Origin: an uncultured Hormoscilla sp.
GTDB lineage: Bacteria > Cyanobacteriota > Cyanobacteriia > Cyanobacteriales > Desertifilaceae
Length of the DNA stretch: 64,000 bases
Direction: 5' to 3'
Assembly: GCA_963921275.4 (NCBI GenBank)
Contig: OZ001293.3
Location: 6,336,001-6,400,000, forward strand
Each line of letters begins with the position of its first letter. Within the stretch, counting starts at the first letter, position 1. The position numbers and the translations under genes are program-made. Below, in pieces: positions 56,477-64,000 of the stretch. Below the pieces are notes generated by a model that ran no database searches, had not been told where the DNA came from, and saw nothing but the letters and a program-made list of their open reading frames with translations.

Positions 56477-56944
56477 TTAATAATTTTTCATCGCCCGTTC
56501 CATCTGGCGTTTATCATCCCGCTGTTTGATATCTTCGCGCTTATCATGCAGTTTCTTTCCCTTGCCTAAACCGATACTAATTTTCACCCAGCTATCTTTC
56601 AGATACATTTTCAAAGGCACCAAGGTTAAGCCTTTTTGTTCCACTTTTCCAATCAGCTTGCGGATTTCTTCCCGATGCAAGAGCAATTTCCGAGTCCGGC
56701 GGGGGTCGTGATTAAAATACTGACTCGTGGTATGGTGGGGCGAGATATGCACGTTCAGCAACCAGGCTTCACCATCCCGAATCAAGGCATATCCATCCCG
56801 GAGGTTAACCTTTCCTTCCCGAATTGACTTCACCTCTGTTCCCTTCAATTCAATCCCAGCTTCGTAAGTATCCAGAATTTCGTACAAATAACGAGCTTGC
56901 CGATTATCACTTACAACCTTGTAACCTTTACTTTCTTTAGACAT
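56477..56944 (-). CDS. smpB: SsrA-binding protein
   Basis: NRQAR..Y, EAGIEL.GTEVKS, R.RKLLLH, GKKLHDKR. Confidence 0.98.
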   Translation of the reverse strand: MSKESKGYKVVSDNRQARYLYEILDTYEAGIELKGTEVKSIREGKVNLRDGYALIRDGEAWLLNVHISPHHTTSQYFNHDPRRTRKLLLHREEIRKLIGKVEQKGLTLVPLKMYLKDSWVKISIGLGKGKKLHDKREDIKQRDDKRQMERAMKNY

Positions 56945-56982
56945 CTTACTCTTTTCTCCTAAATATTTCTCAGAATCTACGA

Positions 56983-57249
56983 TTATTCGGCAATCAAGCA
57001 CCACTCGTAAAGTTCATATTTGACGCAGCCATTTTTGATTAGCGGGTCTTCAGAAACAATTGCTTCTGCTTTATCCCGTGAAGCGGCATCAAATAGTAAC
57101 ATCCCGCCTCCCCGCCGCTTCCAATAGCCGCTACGGGCCTTGTGTCCTTTAGCGATCGGGTCTTGGACATAGGCTTTGTGAGCAGGCACGTATTTATCAA
57201 AGGTGGCTTTGTCCACGATACCTGCTTCGATTTTGGCAAACCAGGGCAT
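56983..57249 (-). CDS. YciI family protein
   Basis: PAHKAYV, SGYW...GGGM, DPL. Confidence 0.85.
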   Translation of the reverse strand: MPWFAKIEAGIVDKATFDKYVPAHKAYVQDPIAKGHKARSGYWKRRGGGMLLFDAASRDKAEAIVSEDPLIKNGCVKYELYEWCLIAE

Positions 57250-57356
57250 TTGCTTGCTTCCCTCAATCTTCTAGTTTAATTTCGCTGCTACTCCTAAATA
57301 TCCTATACTACTTAATGTAGTATAAAGCCAAAACCTAGGAGATGGTGGATAGACCT

Positions 57357-57911
57357 ATGGACAAATCAGAACAGCGATTCTTTGTTGCTCTCCTACCACC
57401 CCAGTCCATCCAGGATGAGGTAAACCAGATTAAGCAGTATTTTGCCGATTGCTACGCCAGTTGCAAAGCCTTCAATTCGCCGCCACACGTTACCCTGCAA
57501 CCGCCCTTTAAGTGGTTAACTGACAATCTTGAGGTGCTGCAAGACTGCTTGAGGGCTTTTGCAGCCTGCCGCCCGCCAGTGCCAGTAACTCTGGAGGGGT
57601 TTGGCGCGTTTAAGTCCAAAGTCATCTATGTTAACGTGCTCAAAACGCTGGAACTGATGAGGTTGCAGAAACAGTTAATCGCTCACACCGAAGCATCTTT
57701 AGCAATTGTAGACCCAATGGCCAAGAGTCGCCCCTTCGCGCCTCACATGACTGTAGCCTTTCGAGATTTGACACGGCAAAATTTCAAAGCGGCCTGGCCC
57801 GAATTCGAGCACCGACAGCTACAGTTTCAGTTTACACCCCCTAACCTGACGCTGCTGATTCACGATAGCAACCGCTGGCATGTCTGTGCTGAGTTTCCCT
57901 TCCAGAGTTGA
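57357..57911 (+). CDS. 2'-5' RNA ligase / 2H phosphoesterase family
   Basis: Two HxT motifs: PHVTL and PHMTV. Confidence 0.92.
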   Translation: MDKSEQRFFVALLPPQSIQDEVNQIKQYFADCYASCKAFNSPPHVTLQPPFKWLTDNLEVLQDCLRAFAACRPPVPVTLEGFGAFKSKVIYVNVLKTLELMRLQKQLIAHTEASLAIVDPMAKSRPFAPHMTVAFRDLTRQNFKAAWPEFEHRQLQFQFTPPNLTLLIHDSNRWHVCAEFPFQS

Positions 57912-58499
57912 TGGGCGATCGCTCATCAACTCTGGTTAGGGCAAGAAACCCGGTTTCTGCGATATCCTCTGGTCTTTACCCAGGGTTGAAAGTCCAAACC
58001 CGGTTTCTAGACCCTGGGGTAGGCGATCGCCCGCCCGTGGGTCTATGGGCCCGGTGATGCTATTGCGAAAGTCTCATGCTTCTTGAAAATAGGAGAAGAG
58101 AGAACTCCGTTCTGCCCTTGCACTCCCAACTCCCAACAGGCTGGCACAGTCCTGCAATGTGTGCTCTAGTTTGAAGATAACCCAACAAGAGAGAGAGGAT
58201 AGTAGCCATGGCATCACTACTCGGGCCCAAAAGGAATGAGGATTTAATAAGGTGTCAAAATCGTCTGAAATGCTCTTGCTGACAATACTTTATGGCTTCT
58301 CAGATGAGCATCTTGTTTAATCGGAGTTCCTAAGATAGTAGTAGTGACTCAGTTACAGAGCGAACCAGAACAGAGCGAGCAACAGCTAAACTCAAACAGT
58401 CTCAGATCATCTGTTGAAGATGCCTAGCGCGTGACAGAACAGCAAAAGCTACTGAGACAGGATTTGACCAGCAAGCTTAACATTCTGTTTGTCGCCAAT

Positions 58500-58950
58500 A
58501 AGTAGTCAGACAAAATTAATTAGATAGTTCTCCCCAAATTATTTGAGGATTTTTTCAACGGAGGCAACTAAAGTTTTCCAGCAAGAATAAGCATCGATTT
58601 CAAGCCATTCGTATTTAATAAACCGCCACAAAATTTCAATCAAATTCAAATGAGGGGAATAAGTAGGCAGGAGAAAGAGTGTAATATTGCGTTCTTGCCA
58701 TTCTTCAATTTGATCTTGAATAGCATCACTGGTATGAATAGGCGATGTCACTTGACACGCATTTCTAAGATAGAATCTCATGGGTGTCAAGTGACATCGA
58801 TGCTTGGTCTGCAACAATTACTGTTGGTTTTTCCATTTTGGTGGGAAAAAACGCATCAATACAAGCAATAACTACATCGGCATTAATATTTTGAGTAGAT
58901 ACACAAGCTTCTAAGTAATTGTGCCGATTCACGATTCCCAATACATTCAA
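58500..58950 (-). mobile_element. IS630-family transposase remnant interrupted by a hairpin insertion
   Basis: DQAS|IH, LPTYSPHLNLIEILWRFIKY; hairpin CGATGTCACTTGACAC / GTGTCAAGTGACATCG at 58743-58799. Confidence 0.85.
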
Positions 58951-59317
58951 TGCTAAAGTCGGTTAAAACCGACTAAGAGGATAATGTTTATAAATTGTAT
59001 CATTCCCTGGAACAGGAGGCAGAGCCTCCAGCAGTCATTCCCAGGTAGAACCTGGGAATGAGGCAAATTAGGGAAAAAAGATGGTATTTACGAAGATCGG
59101 GCATCTCCTCAGGCGATCGCACCTGGAGAAGCCAAAAAGAGCGATCGGGGGTAGTGCAGAGCCAGTCATCAGGGGGATCTTGTGAGAGAATGAAGAGGTA
59201 AAAGGGAATTGGAGATCTGGTTGTAGCAATAACATTTTCTCAAAGGTAGCTACAAATTTGAAGCATTATCCTATTAGTCGGTTGAAACCGACTTGAGCTA
59301 TTAGCCGGGGGTTTGAA

Positions 59318-59455
59318 GATACTGTGGGCTAATTAACTGGGGGGTGTAACCCCCCAAAACACTCCCACCCCCACCAAGAGAGGAATTTCTCCCCACTCCC
59401 CACTCCCCACTCCCTACTCCAGATCGTCGAAATCTCGTAATTAGCCCACAGTATC
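59318..59455. mobile_element. 138-bp MITE nested in a palindromic repeat
   Basis: Perfect 18-bp IR GATACTGTGGGCTAATTA; target duplication TTTGAA. Confidence 0.88.
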
Positions 59456-59537
59456 TTTGAACCCCCGGCGGGCTAACAACGAAGAGAAGGAATTACTGAG
59501 CTATATGGAAATGCGATCGGGAGTTACCACATATACT

Positions 59538-60581
59538 TTATTCATCTACTTGCCAGGGGTCTTTAGTCAAGTCTTCATCCAGAATGCGCTTGGGACGGAC
59601 GACCAGCAGCACCCTTCCCAGCAGGGGAATATCCGGGGCAGTTTCTAACCACTGAATTTCCAGTCGATCGCCCATTTCCGCGAGGAAGTAGCTGTCGGCA
59701 TCCCACTGACGCTGCGATCGGTCTACAATAATCAGGACAGCTTCAGGTGGATCGGGAACTGGATTAGGCAGTTGGTCGCTAGTACCGAGAATAGCCACTG
59801 GATCTTCGGCACTGCGCACAACTTGCCATCCAGGTACTGGTACCCAAGCCCCCTGACTAGCAAACTTCACCATTCCGAAAGGTTCCGTCTCGTCAGTAAT
59901 GGGGACCGCTTGCAAGTCAGCGGTACTCAGAGGTAGTTCCCCCACAACCGGGATAACGCGGGGCAATTCTTCTGCTGATTCCAAGCGATAGACTGGTAAA
60001 ATCGGGGCAGGACGCTTGGGGACGACAGTAAAATCCGTTAGTAGCTGCTCGATCGCCTCTCGGGCCCCCGGAGTTTGGGCAAATTTCAACCCCTTAGCAA
60101 TTAAACGCGATCGATCTTGCAGATTGTTATGCTGGCGGGCAGTTTTCCAGCACTGGTAGGCAATAGCATCCCCCGGTTGACGAGAAAACCCTTCTGGTAG
60201 CATCCGCATCCGGGACAGCTCCTTCATGGCCTTAGCCAGATCGTGGGCCTCATCCGCATCCAGGTTTTGGGCCACCACGAATTCCGCAGCAGCGGCCCGT
60301 TCAGCGGTGGCCAGGATGCGAAACTCATACAGGCGATCGCTGCCTTTTTGCTGGAAATATTGTAGAACCGGTTCTGGAACGGCCTCATTCAGGATACTGG
60401 TGTAAACCTGGGAGGCCACGACGATCTGATTTTGTTGGACGGCCTCAATACCAGTTTCTTCGAAGATTTGCTCCAGTTTATAGCCAGCTTTTTGCAGGTG
60501 GGCGATCGCCTGTCCCCATTCCACCCAGGAACCTTCCTTACGCCGGAGCTTTTGCAGCATATCTCGTGCAGTGTCAGTCAT
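59538..60581 (-). CDS. raf1: RuBisCO accumulation factor 1
   Basis: LRRKEG.WVEWG, ETG.E..QQNQ, PGDAIAYQ, W...PGWQV, C-terminal WQVDE. Confidence 0.93.
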   Translation of the reverse strand: MTDTARDMLQKLRRKEGSWVEWGQAIAHLQKAGYKLEQIFEETGIEAVQQNQIVVASQVYTSILNEAVPEPVLQYFQQKGSDRLYEFRILATAERAAAAEFVVAQNLDADEAHDLAKAMKELSRMRMLPEGFSRQPGDAIAYQCWKTARQHNNLQDRSRLIAKGLKFAQTPGAREAIEQLLTDFTVVPKRPAPILPVYRLESAEELPRVIPVVGELPLSTADLQAVPITDETEPFGMVKFASQGAWVPVPGWQVVRSAEDPVAILGTSDQLPNPVPDPPEAVLIIVDRSQRQWDADSYFLAEMGDRLEIQWLETAPDIPLLGRVLLVVRPKRILDEDLTKDPWQVDE

Positions 60582-60750
60582 TTGATATCGTCCTCCGATC
60601 TGTTGTCAAAAAACAATAAAGGGCCGAAAGCCGCTCCCAGAGGGATTTTATTCTCACGCCCCTTACCTTGTGGGGGAAGTCGGAAAAAAAATTTTTCTCT
60701 AGGACTTGACAAACTGGAAGTAGATAAGTCATTATAGTAAAAGCGAGTGT

Positions 60751-60823
60751 GGGGCTATAGCTCAGTTGGTAGAGCACCTCAATGGCATTGAGGGGGCCAG
60801 CGGTTCGAGTCCGCTTAGCTCCA
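60751..60823 (+). tRNA. trnA: tRNA-Ala(GGC)
   Basis: Cloverleaf with G3:U70 and anticodon GGC; TTGACA upstream at ~60707. Confidence 0.97.
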
Positions 60824-61073
60824 TTGCCCATCCCCTGTTCCAGGCTCAGTCCTGGCTGATGGAAACCCAGTCCGCTTCGCGGGCTTACAGAGCGATCGCC
60901 AAGAGCTTCGGGCAAAAGTCTCTCATCCCCAAGGCGATCGTTTTTTTGTCTGAAAAACCTGTCCGATCGTAGGTTGGGTTGACCCACGAAACCCAACCGA
61001 TACATCTGGTGCATGGCAGTGAGTAAGAGGGAAAAGGATATTGACAAGAAGCAGAGCTTGGGATCGAATAGTG

Positions 61074-61203
61074 TAAGCTGTCGCGCATCGCTCACTGCAT
61101 ATTCGGGCTTAGAATAAAATCGTGGCAACCCTCGACCCATAAGCGTTTCAGCCACCCAGCCTGCCCCATTTTTGACTATGTAATTTAAATGCATCACAGC
61201 TTA
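61074..61203. mobile_element. MITE, same family as 29598-29721
   Basis: Shared termini and core. Confidence 0.8.
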
Positions 61204-61233
61204 TGACAAAACCAATCAAGGAGTCCAACAAAT

Positions 61234-62490
61234 ATGACACCATCACCATCACCGCCTTCTAACGGTGGGAATACCTCCCCAAAAAAGGTCGTCGGCGCTG
61301 TAGTAGGAGTAGTTGGATTTATAGCTGCTGTAGTGACCTGTTTACCAGTGATTCCCATCCTCAACAGAAGTTATTGTAAGGTTGCAGCCTACTCTCCGCT
61401 ACTAGGAAGGAAGTATTGCTGGGAAAAATACATTAACAAAAAATCCCTGGGCAAACATAATGACGAAGTATATAGTCTCGCTTTCAGTCGGGATGGCAAG
61501 ATTTTAGTTAGTGGTAGTTCAGATGGCACGATCAAACTTTGGGATTGGTCAAGAAAAAAAGAGAAATATAACTGGACAGATCATAACAGGGTCGTCTGGG
61601 AAATGGCTTTTAGCTCTGATGGTAAGATTTTAGTTAGTGCCAGCGGCGATGGCACAATTAAATTTTGGGATGCAAAAAAGCTGGAAACGGAGGAACGCTA
61701 TACGGAGGAACACTATCTTGGAGAACTGAATCATGAGGGTAGCGTCATGTCTGTCGCCTTTCTTCCCAAGGGCTGCTCGCAACGTCAGATTTTAGCTAGC
61801 GCTGGTGAGAGTGGCATTATCGAACTGTGGGATGCAGAAACAAGACAGCGGATTAAAACTTTGCCAGGACATAAGAAGGAGGCATCCCGCCTCCTTTCTC
61901 GGGTCTGGTCTGTTGCATTTAGCCCAGATTGCAAGACTTTAGCTAGTGGCGGGCATGATTCAAGTGTCAAGATCTGGAATTGGCAAGCAGGAACGCAAAA
62001 ATATGTATTAGATCCGAGAGACAACGGTCCCGTTTGTATGGTTGCATTTAGCCCAGATGGCAAGACCTTAGTTAGTAACGGTTGCCACGACAAGGCTATG
62101 TATGTCTTTGATGTAAACAATTATAATAAGAATATATCAAACCCAGAACCCAGTAGAATGGTTCACTATTGCCAGGCTAACTCGGATAATAATGACAGGT
62201 GCGAAGAATATTCTTGCTTGGATGAGACAAATGAAGAGAAGAAGATTTGTGGAGTATACGCGATCGCGATTTCCAAAGATGGCATTTTAGCTAGTGGTGG
62301 TTATGACTCTAATATCAGAATTTGGAATTTGAGGGACGAAAAGGAAATCGAGACTTATAAAGAAGCCCATCAAGGTACAGTTAGAAGCTTGATTTTTAGT
62401 CCCGATGGCAAGAGTTTAGTCAGTGGCGGTGGCAACCCTCACAATCCCGGATTTCAAGACACCTTTATTGAAATTTGGCAACCTTATTAG
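61234..62490 (+). CDS. WD40-repeat protein with an N-terminal TM segment
   Basis: Repeated AFS.DG..L.SG..D..IK.WD. Confidence 0.92.
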   Translation: MTPSPSPPSNGGNTSPKKVVGAVVGVVGFIAAVVTCLPVIPILNRSYCKVAAYSPLLGRKYCWEKYINKKSLGKHNDEVYSLAFSRDGKILVSGSSDGTIKLWDWSRKKEKYNWTDHNRVVWEMAFSSDGKILVSASGDGTIKFWDAKKLETEERYTEEHYLGELNHEGSVMSVAFLPKGCSQRQILASAGESGIIELWDAETRQRIKTLPGHKKEASRLLSRVWSVAFSPDCKTLASGGHDSSVKIWNWQAGTQKYVLDPRDNGPVCMVAFSPDGKTLVSNGCHDKAMYVFDVNNYNKNISNPEPSRMVHYCQANSDNNDRCEEYSCLDETNEEKKICGVYAIAISKDGILASGGYDSNIRIWNLRDEKEIETYKEAHQGTVRSLIFSPDGKSLVSGGGNPHNPGFQDTFIEIWQPY

Positions 62491-62639
62491 GGCAACAATA
62501 ATTCGATCTTCGTAGGTTGGGTTGACGTGAGTCAACCCAACCAGCGATGGTCCTCACAACATCTGGATGGTTGGGTTTCGTGCCTCTACCCAACCTACTA
62601 CTATCTCGGTTGGGTTTCGTGCCTCTACCCAACCTACTA

Positions 62640-63095
62640 CTAATACCATTTTTTTAAAGGTATGATAAACTTGAGTAGGCACAGAGGCCAAGGAGGCGGG
62701 AGCCTCCGAATACCGTTCCCAGGTTCTACCTGGGAACGAGAGAAATGGTATTAGTCGGTTTTAACTCATATCTTGCACCATTTTAAACTAGAGGCGGAGC
62801 CTCGATAACTCGTTCGGTGTCTGAGACTGAGAACGAGGGGAAAATACCTGTTAAATAAGGCTTTCAGTCGGTTTTCAACCGACTTGAGCTATTAGCCGTG
62901 GGTTAAACCCACGGCGGGCCGTGAGACCAATTGAGAATGGTGCAAGATGTCAGTTTTAACCGACTTTAGCTATTAGACGGCGCTATCCCCCGGGTAGTGC
63001 GGTTACGATGTCTCGGGGGTAGTGCACGCGTCCCCCTCTGGGGGGACATCGAGCTCCCGGGGGATAGCGTGGGTTTGCAACCCCCGGCGGGCTGA
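62640..63095. repeat. Cluster of nested MITEs and palindromes
   Basis: CTAATACCATTT / AAATGGTATTAG IR pair; element 62765-62953 with target duplication TTTTAA; nested hairpin element 62981-63069. Confidence 0.8.
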
Positions 63096-63139
63096 TAGCG
63101 AAGTGAAAGATTAACAATTAGCCATTAACCATTAACAAT

Positions 63140-63427
63140 TCACCCATCCTGAGACAAAAACTCAACTTTGGGAATGAGGGGGTCAACAACCAGGTCAACG
63201 CCAGTAAAATCCCAACGTTTCAGCAGATTTTTTAACTGAGTTTCCGGAACTGCCTCCACAGCAAAGCGCGAGGCCATATCTGCCCCATGAGTATTGATAA
63301 AGCTGCGGGCCTCGAAGTCCTCACGAAACATCAGCAAATAGCCCGATCCCGAACTTTCATCTGGATGAGCTGCCAGATATTTACCATCTTGTTGCGAACG
63401 GAGTATATAATGAACTTGAAAAGACAT
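63140..63427 (-). CDS. Conserved cyanobacterial hypothetical protein
   Basis: RS..DG.YL, YLL.F.E.FEA, LL.RW.F.G...V.DP. Confidence 0.75.
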   Translation of the reverse strand: MSFQVHYILRSQQDGKYLAAHPDESSGSGYLLMFREDFEARSFINTHGADMASRFAVEAVPETQLKNLLKRWDFTGVDLVVDPLIPKVEFLSQDG

Positions 63428-63432
63428 AATGA

Positions 63433-64000
63433 TTATTTGAGGTCTTCTAGCTTAATTCTCGGATCGACAACTTTCAGCAGTAAATCTGCCAAGAGATTGC
63501 CGACAATTAACATTACAGCCCCCATCATCAGGCTGGCCATCACCAGATAGAGGTCTTGAGCAGTTACCGCCTGCAAGATCAGACGCCCCAAACCCGGCCA
63601 GTTAAAGAAAGTTTCCGCAATGAAAGCACCACTCAACAAGCTAGCAAATTCAAAACCCAGCAGGGTAATCAGGGGATTAACAGCATTGCGGAGTGCATGC
63701 ACGTAGAGTACCCGGTTTTCTGGCAATCCCTTAGCACGGGCCGTGCGAATATAGTCTTGGCGCAAAACATCCAACAACTGTCCGCGAGTCAGGCGCTGCA
63801 AACCAGCAAAACTGGTGATACTCAAGGCCAAGGTAGGTAAGAACATATGCCAACCGATATCTAATACTTTCCCAAACCAGGATAAGTCAGCGTGGTCGAT
63901 GCTCGTCATCCCACCCACTGGGAACAGAGGCGAAAGATTCTGGGCTAAAAACAGCAGCAACAGCGCCGTGATGAAACTGGGAAAACCTTGACCCGTGTAG
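63433..64000 (-). CDS. Peptide/nickel ABC transporter permease (DppB/OppB-like), 5' end outside the window
   Basis: QDYIRTARAKGL, HALRNA, ETFFNWPGLG, DPRI. Confidence 0.93.
   Translation of the reverse strand, partial: YTGQGFPSFITALLLLFLAQNLSPLFPVGGMTSIDHADLSWFGKVLDIGWHMFLPTLALSITSFAGLQRLTRGQLLDVLRQDYIRTARAKGLPENRVLYVHALRNAVNPLITLLGFEFASLLSGAFIAETFFNWPGLGRLILQAVTAQDLYLVMASLMMGAVMLIVGNLLADLLLKVVDPRIKLEDLK

Noticed and set aside
60574..61197. 207-aa ORF
   Set aside because: Runs antisense across tRNA-Ala and a MITE; shadow ORF

Overview
Cyanobacterial chromosome segment: HIP1 GCGATCGC is abundant and psbC, ycf4, gun4, raf1, ictB and patD are present. Housekeeping genes (rplU-rpmA, relA/spoT, selO, rsfS, smpB, tRNA-fMet with a group I intron, tRNA-Ala) are mostly intact, but about 20 genes, nearly all accessory, are broken and the intergenic DNA is full of MITEs and small hairpin repeats, as expected for an eroding, probably host-associated genome (inference). 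Most notable: (1) an intact four-gene operon (Rieske oxygenase, alpha-oxoamine synthase, bCerS/YghO-like acyltransferase, SDR reductase) matching the bacterial ceramide pathway; (2) a family of ~45-nt hairpin elements with a conserved TCGCACTA loop and covarying stems that insert into themselves (six layers where psbD usually lies) and in-frame into proteins; (3) a transversion-biased, heavily mutated tandem copy of a gene end; (4) an ORF-less group II intron; (5) a duplicated promoter + boxA-like leader around a 21-nt tandem array; (6) a candidate structured ncRNA. All family assignments are by motif recognition only; no searches were run.
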